Shown piece after piece: positions 10,231 through 20,029 of a stretch of DNA of 64,000 nucleotides. The stretch is from an uncultured delta proteobacterium. GTDB lineage: Bacteria; Desulfobacterota; Binatia; UBA9968. The notes under the pieces are model-generated. The model was not told the DNA's origin. It ran no database searches and worked only from the letters and a program-made list of their open reading frames with translations. A program made the translations under genes and the position numbers. Position 1 is the first letter of the stretch. Each line of letters starts with the position of its first letter. The DNA lies in assembly GCA_963745035.1 (NCBI GenBank), contig CAVUVW010000013.1, forward strand, positions 256,001-320,000, read 5' to 3'.

Positions 10231-10968
10231 TTATCCGACAGCCGCTTTCTTGGCACCCGCGGCATTTAAATGTTTCGCGAAGAAATCCAACGTCCGTGCC
10301 CACGAGGCACGATCGGCTTCAGGGCGATAGCTGGCGGCGCCCTCCTTGTTAAAGCCGTGGGGCGAATCGGCGTAGAAGAAGAACTCGTGCTCTTTACCCA
10401 GTTTTGTCAGCTCGCCGTCGAGGCGGCGCATCTCATCCGGCGGCGGATTCTTGTCGAGCTCGCCGAAATGCCCCTGGATCGGGCAGGAAACGTTGGCGGC
10501 GAGGCTCGAAGGCGCTGGGCGATCGCCCCACTGTGCGTAGACGCCGCCACCGTAGTAGTCTACGGCGGCTTTGAACGACTTGGTCGCGGCGGCCATTAAA
10601 AAGGCGATGCGCCCGCCCATGCAGAAACCAACTATGCCAAGATTCCTCGTGTCGGCTTCGGCGCAGCCGCGCAGAAATGCGATGGTCGCATCGATGTCGT
10701 TCAGCACGTTGGTGTCGTTGCGTGAATCCTTGATGCTCGCGGTTCGCTCGGGAGTCATGGGTTCGCCTTCACGATGATACAGCTGTGGGGCGATGCCGAA
10801 GTATCCGGCGCGCGCCACTCTCCGGGTCATTTCCTGGGTGAAATCCCGGACGCCGTCCTGATTCTGAATGACGATGATGGCCGGAAACGGCCCGGAACCT
10901 TCAGGCCGGCTCAAATACAAGCCCATCGGACTGTTATCGACCGTGACAGTTTCCCAAGAACTCTTCAT
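10231..10968 (-). CDS. Dienelactone hydrolase family
   Basis: GIVGFCMGG nucleophile motif, HGF His motif. Confidence 0.9.
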   Translation of the reverse strand: MKSSWETVTVDNSPMGLYLSRPEGSGPFPAIIVIQNQDGVRDFTQEMTRRVARAGYFGIAPQLYHREGEPMTPERTASIKDSRNDTNVLNDIDATIAFLRGCAEADTRNLGIVGFCMGGRIAFLMAAATKSFKAAVDYYGGGVYAQWGDRPAPSSLAANVSCPIQGHFGELDKNPPPDEMRRLDGELTKLGKEHEFFFYADSPHGFNKEGAASYRPEADRASWARTLDFFAKHLNAAGAKKAAVG

Positions 10969-11123
10969 CGAGACCTCCAGACCGCTTGGTTTTGATAGAC
11001 TTTCACTTATGTCGTTGCGATTTGCCTGTCAAATGGATGTCGCCGTCAGGCTTGCCTCGTCAGCGAATGATGTTAGAACTAATCGTTCGCGGATTGATGG
11101 GTGCAACACAGAGGATTTTTAGG

Positions 11124-12557
11124 ATGAGATTGTCAGCGGGTAAGTTCCGTGCATTTTTGGCGGTCTTGCTGGTCGCGGCATTTACAGCTTCCGCGTCGAC
11201 CTGGGGAGCGCAGGCAAGAAACAGGCCTCAGGCTGAGCCTGCCAAGGCGATGACCGCAGCTGTTGCAGAGACAAAGGCGCCGCAAGCGCCGACCAGCTAT
11301 GATATCGAGTTCAAGGAGTTCAAGCTCAAAAATGGTCTGCGCGTCCTGCTCGCCGAAGATCACCGCGCGCCGACTTTTTCAATCTGCGTGACCTACAACG
11401 TCGGCTCGCGCGATGAGCAGCCGGGCCGGACCGGATTCGCTCACCTGTTCGAGCACATGCTGTTTCAAGGCTCGGAAAACGTCGGCAAAGGCGAGCACTT
11501 CATTCTGATTCAGAACAACGGCGGCAGCGCGAACGGCACCACCAACAGCGAGCGCACCAATTATTTCGAAACCTTGCCGGCCAACCAGCTGGAGCTAGGC
11601 ATTTTTCTCGAGGCCGACCGCATGCGCGCGCCGAGCATCACTCAAGCGAATTTCGATAACCAGCGCCTTACGGTGCAAGAAGAGCGGCGGCAAAGCTACG
11701 ATAATCGACCCTACGGGAAAACCTACGAAGCGGTCATCGGCCTCGCCTACGATCGCTTTCCTTACCAGCATTCGACCATTGGGTCGATGGAAGACCTCAA
11801 CGCGGCGACGATCGATGACGCGAGGGAATTTTTTCGCAAGTACTACGCGCCCAACAATGCCGTGCTATCGCTGGTCGGCGACTTCAAGACCGAGGTGGCG
11901 CTGGGCCTGGTAAAAAAATACTTCGAAGCGATCCCCGGCCAGGCGCCGCCGGCGCCGCCCGACACTTCGGAGCCGGAACAGACCGCCGAGCGGCGCAAGA
12001 TCATCGAAGACAGCTTTGCGCAAACTCCGCGGCTGGACATGGTCTACAAGATTCCTCCCGGCAATACGCCGGACTGGTATGCGCTCGACATGCTCGGCCG
12101 CGTGCTTTCGAGCGGAGTATCGTCGCGGCTTTACCAGAAATTCGTAAAGGAGAAGGAGATCGCGCTGAGCGTCTATGCCGATCCGAGTGAACAGCGCGGG
12201 CCGTCGTTGTTCTGGTTCAGCTTGATGGCGCGGCCCCACGCCGATCTCGGTGAGCTGGAGAAATTGCTCGACTTTGAGATTGCTCGGCTGCAAAACGAGC
12301 CGGTGGCGGAGTGGGAGTTCAAGAAAGTTCAGATGCAGCTCCGGCGCGAGCGCGCTCAGCGGGTTTACAGCAGCCGGTCGCGCGCCACCTCGCTCGGGCA
12401 TTTCGCGGTCTATTATCAAGACCCGGAATTGATCAACTCGGTCTGGAGTAACTACGAGCGCGTCACGCGCGCCGACTTGCAGCGGGTGGCGCAGCAATAT
12501 TTGACACCCAACCGGCGAAGCGTCGTGACCACCATGCCGAAGACCACTGCGAAGTAA
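11124..12557 (+). CDS. M16B zinc peptidase, catalytic subunit, exported
   Basis: HLFEH inverted zincin motif, signal peptide. Confidence 0.9.
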   Translation: MRLSAGKFRAFLAVLLVAAFTASASTWGAQARNRPQAEPAKAMTAAVAETKAPQAPTSYDIEFKEFKLKNGLRVLLAEDHRAPTFSICVTYNVGSRDEQPGRTGFAHLFEHMLFQGSENVGKGEHFILIQNNGGSANGTTNSERTNYFETLPANQLELGIFLEADRMRAPSITQANFDNQRLTVQEERRQSYDNRPYGKTYEAVIGLAYDRFPYQHSTIGSMEDLNAATIDDAREFFRKYYAPNNAVLSLVGDFKTEVALGLVKKYFEAIPGQAPPAPPDTSEPEQTAERRKIIEDSFAQTPRLDMVYKIPPGNTPDWYALDMLGRVLSSGVSSRLYQKFVKEKEIALSVYADPSEQRGPSLFWFSLMARPHADLGELEKLLDFEIARLQNEPVAEWEFKKVQMQLRRERAQRVYSSRSRATSLGHFAVYYQDPELINSVWSNYERVTRADLQRVAQQYLTPNRRSVVTTMPKTTAK

Positions 12558-12564
12558 TAGCCCT

Positions 12565-14061
12565 ATGAGAATCTCAAAGAAGTCATGCCTAGTCCGCTTT
12601 TGGCTCGCTACCTGCGCGCTCGTCGTGCTCGCAGTTCCGGCGTTGCGCGCGCAGGAAACCAGTCATTCGCCCAACGTTGTAGAGCGCAAGAATCGGGCGC
12701 CGGTATCGCGCGAGGTGCTGCAGGTCAAGCTGCCTCGTCCAATCGAAGCCAAGCTCAAGAACGGTCTTACCGTCTTGATCCTTGAAGACCGGCGCGCGCC
12801 GTTCGTAACTTTGCAGCTCTATCTCAACGGCGCCGGCGCGCTGTTTGAGCCGCGTGAGATGGCCGGCCTCGCCAACGCCACCGCTGTCATGTTGAACGAG
12901 GGAACTAGGTCGCGTAGCAGCGTGCAGATCGCCGAAGAGACCGACCGGCTCGGTGCCGCGCTCAGCGCCGGCTCCTCCTTCGGCTCGCCGGAAGCGGTGG
13001 TGAGCGCGTCGGGTTTGAGTGATAATTTCGATGATTGGTTCGAACTCTTCGCCGACGTTTTGCTCCAGCCGAGCTTTCCCGCAGACGAATTGGAAAAATT
13101 CAAGCAGCGCCAGCGCGCGCAGTTGCGCGAGCAGCGCTCTTCGTCCGGCTTCCTATTGGGCGAGCGGTTTAACCGCGCTGTCTACGGCGATCATCCGGCG
13201 TCGCGGGTCTCCGCCACTCCAGAGTCGTTGGATAAACTCAGCCGCGTCTCCTTGGTCGACTGGCACCGCCAGCGCTATGCACCGCAGAACGCGGTCCTCG
13301 GAATTGCCGGCGACGTGCGTGCCAAAGAGCTGATCGCGAAGTTGGAAAAGCGCTTGGCGGGCTGGAAACAGACCTCGGCGAAACAGGCACTGCCGAGCAA
13401 TCCGCCGGCGATCAAGTCACGCCGCGTGCTGCTGGTCGACCGGCCCAACTCGGTGCAGACCTCGCTTGCGCTCGGCAACATCGCCATCGAGCGGCGCAGC
13501 CCGGATTACATGCCGATGGTTGTCATGAATTACGTGCTTGGCGGCGGCGCTTCTTCGCGGTTGTTTCTCAATCTGCGCGAGGAAAAAGGCTACACCTACG
13601 GCGTGTACAGCGACTTCAGCGCACTGCGCTATCCGGGACCGTGGCGTGCGGGCGGCAACATGCGAACCGAGGTCACGGAAGGCGCGCTCGTCGAGTTTTT
13701 CAACGAGATCCGGCGCATCCGCGATGAAAAGGTGACGGCGGACGAACTCGACGCGAGCAAGCGGGCGATCGTCGCGAGCTTCGCGCTGTCGCTCGAGCAG
13801 CCCTCGCGTATGCTCAGTTTTGCCATCACCTCGAAGCTGTACGGCTTGCCGCCCGACTATTGGGATGCCTATCCGGCGAAAATCATGGCGGTGAGCGCCG
13901 ACGATGTCCAACGAGTGGCGCGCGCCTATCTGAATCCCGACACGCTGCAACTGGTGGCGGTGGGTGATGCCGGCAGGATCAAGGCGGCTTTGGAGAAATA
14001 CGGCGCGGTGGAGGTCTTCGAGGCTGCCGGCACACCGCGCGCGGCCGCGCAGACGCCGTAG
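12565..14061 (+). CDS. M16B peptidase, non-catalytic partner subunit
   Basis: No HxxEH; SRLFLNLREEKGYTY R/Y motif; 7 bp after the catalytic subunit. Confidence 0.9.
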   Translation: MRISKKSCLVRFWLATCALVVLAVPALRAQETSHSPNVVERKNRAPVSREVLQVKLPRPIEAKLKNGLTVLILEDRRAPFVTLQLYLNGAGALFEPREMAGLANATAVMLNEGTRSRSSVQIAEETDRLGAALSAGSSFGSPEAVVSASGLSDNFDDWFELFADVLLQPSFPADELEKFKQRQRAQLREQRSSSGFLLGERFNRAVYGDHPASRVSATPESLDKLSRVSLVDWHRQRYAPQNAVLGIAGDVRAKELIAKLEKRLAGWKQTSAKQALPSNPPAIKSRRVLLVDRPNSVQTSLALGNIAIERRSPDYMPMVVMNYVLGGGASSRLFLNLREEKGYTYGVYSDFSALRYPGPWRAGGNMRTEVTEGALVEFFNEIRRIRDEKVTADELDASKRAIVASFALSLEQPSRMLSFAITSKLYGLPPDYWDAYPAKIMAVSADDVQRVARAYLNPDTLQLVAVGDAGRIKAALEKYGAVEVFEAAGTPRAAAQTP

Positions 14062-14205
14062 CTGCCCTGCTCCGCCTGATTGCGCGGCAGCCACCGCGTC
14101 CGCCGTAAACTCCCGCCCCAAACGATCCAAGCCGCGCTCTTGTTTCGCACGGCGTTCTGCCAATATAATTCGCCAGCTTGAGAGCATCGCGTATGAGGCG
14201 TCAAA

Positions 14206-16611
14206 ATGCCGGATGAACTTTCTACCTTCGAAGCTGCGTTGACCGGCCTGCGCGTCCTGGATTTGACCGGAAAGATGGGCGGCTACTGCGGTTTGCTGCT
14301 CGCCAACCTGGGCGCGGAAGTGATTCTTGTCGAACCGCCCGGCGGCGATCCGCTGCGCGGTGAGCCGCCGTTCAAAGACGATCAGCCCGGCCCGGAGCGA
14401 AGCTTGTCCTTTGCGGCGTACCATACCAACAAGCGCGGCATCGTTCTCGATCTGAAGGACCAAGAGGATTGCCGGGCGCTGCGCGAGCTTGCGCGACACG
14501 CCGATGCGCTGCTCGAAGACCAAGCGCCCGGCTTCCTCGACCATCACGACCTCGGGTATCGCGCGCTGCGCTCGATCAACCCTGCGCTGGTGATGACGTC
14601 GATCAGCGGATTCGGCCAATCCGGTCCGTATCGCGATTTCCGGGCGCCGAACATCGTTGCCTTCGCGATGGGCGGCTTGATGAACCTCTGCGGCCATCCG
14701 GGCAGAGCGCCGCTGATGGGCCCGTGCGACGTCGCCTATCATTTGGGTTCGGTGCACGCCGCTTTCGGCACCCTGGTGGCGCTGTTCAACCGGCGCCAGA
14801 CGGGCTTGGGCGATCACGTCGAAGTCTCGCTCCAGGACGTCCTTGTCGCCGACCCGTTTCTGCGCGTGATCACGCGCCACAGCGTGACCGGCGAAATTCC
14901 CGAGCGCACCGGCCACAGCCAATCGACGACCGTCGCCGAGACCTATCAATGCCGCGACGGCTACGCGCGCATCTTCGTCAATCAGGCGGATCACTGGAAA
15001 CGGTTTATCGAATGGCTCGGCCGCCCGCCTGACCTGCTCGATCCAAAACTGGAAAACGTGCAGAACCGCTTTCCGCTGCGCCAGCAGATCGATCGGCTGG
15101 TCGAAGCGCGCACTCTCAACTACGACGTGAAACAGTTCTTCGAGGAGTTTCAGGGCCTGCGCCTGGCCGCCGCGCCGATCAATCCGCCGAGCGCGTTTCT
15201 GGCCGATGAGCAGACCCAGCATCGAAATTACCTGGCGACGGTCGATCATGTGCATCTCGGCAGCCATCAGTTTCCGGGCGACCCTTATCATTTTTCCGAA
15301 AGTCCGTGGCGCATCGAGCGCGGCGCGCCGCTTCTGGGCGAGCACCAGATAGAGATCGATGCCGCGTGGGCGCGTCCTTCGGGTTGGCTCGGCGCACGTG
15401 CGGCGACTGGGCCGGCGACGGGCAAGAGTCTTTTCGAAGGCATCCGCGTCGTCAGCTTCCCCACCGGAATCGTCGGCCCCGCGCTTGCCGGCCTGCTCGC
15501 CGAGCACGGCGCGGAAGTGATTTCCATCGAGCCCGGCGCGGCGGCCGGCCGCCAGCTCACGCAGAAGTTCCAACTCGCCGCGGAGCTGGAAGGCTATCGC
15601 GATCGCAGGCGCATCGCCATCAACATGAAGGCTCCCGATGGCGTGGCGCTGGCACGCCGGCTGATCGCCAAGTCCGATGTCGTGGTGGAAAATTTCAGCG
15701 CCCGGGTGATGGCAAGCTGGGGCCTCGACTATGCGCGGCTGAAAGAGATTTGTCCGCAGATCATCATGGCCAGCCTGCAGGCTTTCGGGCAGACCGGGCC
15801 CAGACGCGAGTACGTGAGCTTCGGCCCGATTCTCATGTCTTACTGCGGCATGGCGTACCTCTGGCGCGATCCGGACGTCGAGCGGCCCGGCGCCGGCTGC
15901 CAGACGGCATTTCCCGACTACGTCGCGCCGTCCTACGGCGCGCTGGCGATCTTGGCCGCGCTCCACTATCGCGCGCGCACCGGCAGGGGACAGTACATCG
16001 ATATCTCGCAAGCGGAAACCGCGGGGTCGATGATCGGGCCGGCGTATCTGGAATATCTCGTGAACGGGCGCGAGCCGCAGCCCCGAGGAAATTTCAGCCC
16101 GATGATCGCGCCCCACGGCTGTTACCGGTGCAAGGGCGACGACCGCTGGTGCGTGATCGCCATCCAATCGCAGGAGGAGTGGGTACGCTTTTGCGAACTC
16201 GCCGGCCACCGCGAGTGGTTGTCGGATCATAGATTCGGTGAGCCGGCCGGCAGGGTGCAGTACCGCCAGGAGCTCGATTATTGGATCGGCAAGTGGACGG
16301 CGCGCTACACGCCGCATCAGTTGATGCTGATGTTGCAGCGCGCGGGCATCGCCGCAGGGGCGGTGCAAACGGCCGAAGATCTGTACCGCGATCCGCACTT
16401 GCGCGAGCGCGGCTCGGCGCGCGAAGTCTTTCATCCGCAGCTTGGCTCGGTGACCCGCGCCGGACCGAGCGTTCGCACCGCCTACTCCGCGCCGGCGCGA
16501 ACCGGCTTTGCCCATGTCACGGGCGAGGACAACGAGTCGGTGCTCGGTGAGATTCTCGGCATGTCGCTTGACGAAATTCGCGATCTGTTCGACCGCCAAG
16601 TGCTGCGTTAA
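14206..16611 (+). CDS. Tandem two-domain family III (CaiB/BaiF) CoA transferase
   Basis: Two repeats: LRVLDL..LGAEVI.VE..NKRGI and IRVV..GAEVI.IE; two APLLGEH/GED-type ends. Confidence 0.88.
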   Translation: MPDELSTFEAALTGLRVLDLTGKMGGYCGLLLANLGAEVILVEPPGGDPLRGEPPFKDDQPGPERSLSFAAYHTNKRGIVLDLKDQEDCRALRELARHADALLEDQAPGFLDHHDLGYRALRSINPALVMTSISGFGQSGPYRDFRAPNIVAFAMGGLMNLCGHPGRAPLMGPCDVAYHLGSVHAAFGTLVALFNRRQTGLGDHVEVSLQDVLVADPFLRVITRHSVTGEIPERTGHSQSTTVAETYQCRDGYARIFVNQADHWKRFIEWLGRPPDLLDPKLENVQNRFPLRQQIDRLVEARTLNYDVKQFFEEFQGLRLAAAPINPPSAFLADEQTQHRNYLATVDHVHLGSHQFPGDPYHFSESPWRIERGAPLLGEHQIEIDAAWARPSGWLGARAATGPATGKSLFEGIRVVSFPTGIVGPALAGLLAEHGAEVISIEPGAAAGRQLTQKFQLAAELEGYRDRRRIAINMKAPDGVALARRLIAKSDVVVENFSARVMASWGLDYARLKEICPQIIMASLQAFGQTGPRREYVSFGPILMSYCGMAYLWRDPDVERPGAGCQTAFPDYVAPSYGALAILAALHYRARTGRGQYIDISQAETAGSMIGPAYLEYLVNGREPQPRGNFSPMIAPHGCYRCKGDDRWCVIAIQSQEEWVRFCELAGHREWLSDHRFGEPAGRVQYRQELDYWIGKWTARYTPHQLMLMLQRAGIAAGAVQTAEDLYRDPHLRERGSAREVFHPQLGSVTRAGPSVRTAYSAPARTGFAHVTGEDNESVLGEILGMSLDEIRDLFDRQVLR

Positions 16612-16636
16612 GCGCATCCCGGTTGCGCTCCGAGAG

Positions 16637-17281
16637 ATGCCGCTGGAAAAATCCCGTCTCGGACCGGCCACCGATCGATCGATCCGCAGAGCCGAGCGCC
16701 GGCTCGCAGCAGCCGATCCGATCATGAAACGGTTGATCGGCGCTCACGGGCATTGCCCGCTGGCGGCGCGCGAATACGCGCCGTTTCACATGCTCGCCAA
16801 TTCGATCATCAGCCAGCAGCTTTCGACCAGGGCCGCCGCGGCGATCAAACAAAGGCTGGCGGCCGTGATCCCGCCGCCGTTTGCGCCGGAAAGATTTCTG
16901 CAACTTTCGCCCGAACAGCTCCATGCCGCCGGCCTGTCGCAAGCCAAGGCGCGCTACATCGCGGCGTTGGCGGCGCGCGTGTGCGAGGGACGGCTGGTGT
17001 TCGATGAAATCGTCGCGCAGGACGATGAGACGGTGATCCAAGCGCTCTCGGAATGCCCCGGCATCGGCCGTTGGACGGCCGAGATGTTTCTGATTTTCGC
17101 GCTTAAACGGCTCGACGTGCTCGCCGCCGGCGACGCTGGATTGCAGCGCGCGGCCAGCGTGCTCTACGGCAAACAGAGGCGCTCTAAGAATTTACTGCCG
17201 CGAGTCGCCCAGGCCTGGCGGCCTTATCGATCGGTGGCGTCGTGGTATTTGTGGAAATCGCTGGAGCCGCCTGATCGATGA
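16637..17281 (+). CDS. alkA: DNA-3-methyladenine glycosylase II (HhH-GPD)
   Basis: IISQQLS, PGIGRWTAEMFLIF, GDAGL, WRPYRSVASWYLW. Confidence 0.88.
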   Translation: MPLEKSRLGPATDRSIRRAERRLAAADPIMKRLIGAHGHCPLAAREYAPFHMLANSIISQQLSTRAAAAIKQRLAAVIPPPFAPERFLQLSPEQLHAAGLSQAKARYIAALAARVCEGRLVFDEIVAQDDETVIQALSECPGIGRWTAEMFLIFALKRLDVLAAGDAGLQRAASVLYGKQRRSKNLLPRVAQAWRPYRSVASWYLWKSLEPPDR

Positions 17282-17291
17282 ATGGTGCGTA

Positions 17292-17912
17292 CTATGACCT
17301 GCCGCGCCAGATGTCGATGACTTCCTGTGAGCTCGCCACCCGGCCGTAGTGTTTTTTCACCAGCGCCACCGCCTCATGGTGCGCCTGGGGCCCGTAGGTG
17401 GTGGCGCAGCAGTCTTCTACCAGCGTGATGTAGTAATCCAACATAAAGCCGACGGTGAGCGTGTGAAAAACGCACATGCCGGTGCCGACGCCGGTGACGA
17501 GCAAACTTTTTACGCCGCGGGCGCGCAGCAGCATGTCCAAGTCGGTGCCGATGAACGCGCTATAACGGTGCTTGGTCACCACCATCTCCTGCGCGTGCGG
17601 CTCCAGTCCGGCATGAAACTCGGCGCCCCAGCTTCCTTCGGCACAAGCGAGCAATTCGGGATTTTTGAACTCCGTCCACACCGGAGAGTTCGTCCATTGA
17701 TTTCCCGACGTACGCACGAAGCAGATCGGGAAACCCCGCTCGCGCGCGGCGCCGACCAAGCCGATCAGGCGCGGTATCATATTTTGCACGAAACCCATGT
17801 CGCGGCCGCGTTTGCAGGCGGCGCCATCGCGGTGGCAGAAATCGTTCTGCATGTCGACGACCACCAGCATGCCGTGACTGGGATCGGCGCGTTCGAAAAG
17901 AGACAGAGCCAT
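17292..17912 (-). CDS. Isochorismatase-family cysteine hydrolase (RutB-like)
   Basis: VVDMQNDFC, KHRYSAF, TGVGTGMCV. Confidence 0.88.
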   Translation of the reverse strand: MALSLFERADPSHGMLVVVDMQNDFCHRDGAACKRGRDMGFVQNMIPRLIGLVGAARERGFPICFVRTSGNQWTNSPVWTEFKNPELLACAEGSWGAEFHAGLEPHAQEMVVTKHRYSAFIGTDLDMLLRARGVKSLLVTGVGTGMCVFHTLTVGFMLDYYITLVEDCCATTYGPQAHHEAVALVKKHYGRVASSQEVIDIWRGRS

Positions 17913-17922
17913 CGATGAATCC

Positions 17923-18933
17923 TTATTGGTAAAGCTTCTTGATGAAGCCGCTCTCGTCCAGCTCTTTGACCAGACTGTTGTCGAAGAAGGTTTGCGGATT
18001 GGCTGAGCGCGCCCGCGGGTTGTCTTTGGCGTAAAAATCCAAAAGCGTAGTCACGCCTTTCAAGGAAACATAGGGCGCGTTTTCGAAGTAGCCGGAGGTG
18101 TAGAGAACGTGGGAGCGTTCGAGATACTTGGTCTGCCCCGGCGCCGTGCGCAGCTTCTTGGCGAGCACGTCGAGGCTTTCCTTCTTGTTTTTCTTGAAAT
18201 AGGCGATGCCCTCAACGTAGCCCCTCATGAAACGCAACGCCAGATCGCGGTTGGCGCGGAGGTAGGCGCGCGTCGTGTCGATCATGCTGTGCAAGTAGTA
18301 AATGTCCATATCGGCTAGATCGGCGAGGGTCCGGTAGCCTTGATCCTCGGCAAAGAAAAAAGTCGGCTCGGTAAGCACGGCGGCGTCGATGCCGCCTTTC
18401 TCGAGCGCCGCCATCATCGCCGGCGAGGAGCCGACCTGAATCATCTGCACGTCGCTCGGGTTCATGTTCCAGCCGCGCAGCATAATCAGCAGCACCAGAT
18501 GCGACGCGGCGCCGAAGCGGGTGACTCCGACCTTTTTACCGCGGAGATCCTCCGGCCGGCGCAGGTCGCTGCGCGCCATCACGCGCTGCACGCCCTTGTT
18601 GACGATGGAGCCGATCATGATCACATCTGCGCCACTCAGGGCGGCGTTGATTACCCCGCCGCCTCCACCGCCGAGAAACTGCACATCTCCGGCAATCAGT
18701 GAGCTGACGCCGCCAGCCGATGCGCCGCCCATCAAAACCACCTCTGAGTCGATGCCGTGCTTCTTGAACAGACCTTTGTCTTCGGCAATCCACAGGGCGG
18801 CATTGATCGGGGTAAACGAGCTCAAGCCGATGCGCACGCGATCGGCGCCGGCCGTGGGCTGGAGAAAGAAACAAAATACGCCGGCTACGATCAAATAGAC
18901 AAAGAGGAATTGCGATGCCTGCCGATTCATCAT
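17923..18933 (-). CDS. ABC substrate-binding protein, NMT1/SsuA-like
   Basis: LWIAEDKGLFKKHGID, DLRGKKVGVTRFG. Confidence 0.87.
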   Translation of the reverse strand: MMNRQASQFLFVYLIVAGVFCFFLQPTAGADRVRIGLSSFTPINAALWIAEDKGLFKKHGIDSEVVLMGGASAGGVSSLIAGDVQFLGGGGGGVINAALSGADVIMIGSIVNKGVQRVMARSDLRRPEDLRGKKVGVTRFGAASHLVLLIMLRGWNMNPSDVQMIQVGSSPAMMAALEKGGIDAAVLTEPTFFFAEDQGYRTLADLADMDIYYLHSMIDTTRAYLRANRDLALRFMRGYVEGIAYFKKNKKESLDVLAKKLRTAPGQTKYLERSHVLYTSGYFENAPYVSLKGVTTLLDFYAKDNPRARSANPQTFFDNSLVKELDESGFIKKLYQ

Positions 18934-19080
18934 CTTTCTCCGAATTCACCAGGACGAACTACGCAGACGCCAGCAACGCTCGTTAGCTTGCTGTACGACG
19001 GCAATGACCGGTCTCTTTTCTCGTGATCGTTCGTTTCTGGACAAACGATGACCCGCGAAACACGTTGACAACTTGTCGGC

Positions 19081-19893
19081 TTACTTGCGATCTTCCGGTT
19101 TCACGTATTTCACTGACGCGCCGCCTTTTTGCGAGTGCAGATAACCTTCGACGTCGCTCAACGGGTTGGTGTAGTAGCGCAAGCGGTGCTGCACCAGATC
19201 GTCGGCGCGCAATGCCATGTCGAAGGGCAGATCTTTTTGCATGTAGGCGGCGATCTTGGCGTTTTCCAGAGTCGCGCCGTTGCGGCTGGCGAGTTCGGTG
19301 GCCAAGGTGTCCACGTAGGCATCGAGATCTTTGTCCGGCACCACGTCGGACACGAGCCCGACGCGTTCCGCCTCGACGCCGGTCAAGTTCCTCCCGGTGA
19401 GCGAGATGAAAAAAGCTTTTTTAAAGGGGATGCCGGCGTGAAACAGCGACGGCGTCGCGGTGGCGCCATAGCTGCCGCGGATCACTTCGGGCATGCCGTA
19501 TTTGGCGGACTCGGCGCTGATAACGAGGTCGTGGCCGTTGATCATCGCAAGCCCGCCGCCCAGGCACCAGCCGCGCACTTTGGCGACGGTTACCTGCGGC
19601 AGCTTGCGCATGACGTCGACGATCTCGGCGACCCCGCCGAATCCGCGCGTTCGGCGCCGATTGTCCTGTCCCCTCATGTCGTAGAGATCGCGGCCCGACG
19701 AATAAGAGTCGCCGGCGCCGGCGGTGACGATGCAGCGGATTTTGTCATTTTCCGCAAGCGAGCGCAGCACGCTTGAAAGCTCCGCCAGCAGGGCCACGCT
19801 CAAGGCGTTTTTTTTCTCCGGCCGATTAAGGGTCAGCCAGGCGATGCCGGCGGTTTCGTCGATGTTGGCGTTGATGAATTTAGTATCCGACAT
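19081..19893 (-). CDS. Enoyl-CoA hydratase/crotonase (hydroxycinnamoyl-CoA hydratase-lyase-like)
   Basis: LNRPEKKNALS, VRGWCLGGG, YGMPE. Confidence 0.85.
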   Translation of the reverse strand: MSDTKFINANIDETAGIAWLTLNRPEKKNALSVALLAELSSVLRSLAENDKIRCIVTAGAGDSYSSGRDLYDMRGQDNRRRTRGFGGVAEIVDVMRKLPQVTVAKVRGWCLGGGLAMINGHDLVISAESAKYGMPEVIRGSYGATATPSLFHAGIPFKKAFFISLTGRNLTGVEAERVGLVSDVVPDKDLDAYVDTLATELASRNGATLENAKIAAYMQKDLPFDMALRADDLVQHRLRYYTNPLSDVEGYLHSQKGGASVKYVKPEDRK

Positions 19894-19908
19894 GGGGTTA
19901 CTCCGCTG

Positions 19909-20012
19909 GTTTGAATTTGTTCAAGACGTTCAACTCGTTTAGTCGTTAGTCTGTCATTTCGAGGTGAAGCCGAGAAATCTTGCCGAAGATCTCTCACTTG
20001 TTCAGATGATGG
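19909..20012. repeat. Degenerate 9-mer tandem (CGTTCAAnn) followed by a REP-like nested hairpin
   Basis: TGTTCAAGA CGTTCAACT; then TGTCATTTCGA...GAGAAATCT-tgccga-AGATCTCTC...TTCAGATGATG. Confidence 0.5.
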
Positions 20013-20029
20013 TCGCCAATGAGTTTAGC

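Noticed and set aside
13417-16725. 1102-aa antisense ORF and other long shadow ORFs
   Set aside because: They lie opposite well-supported genes, which is typical of high-GC codon bias, and contain no motifs
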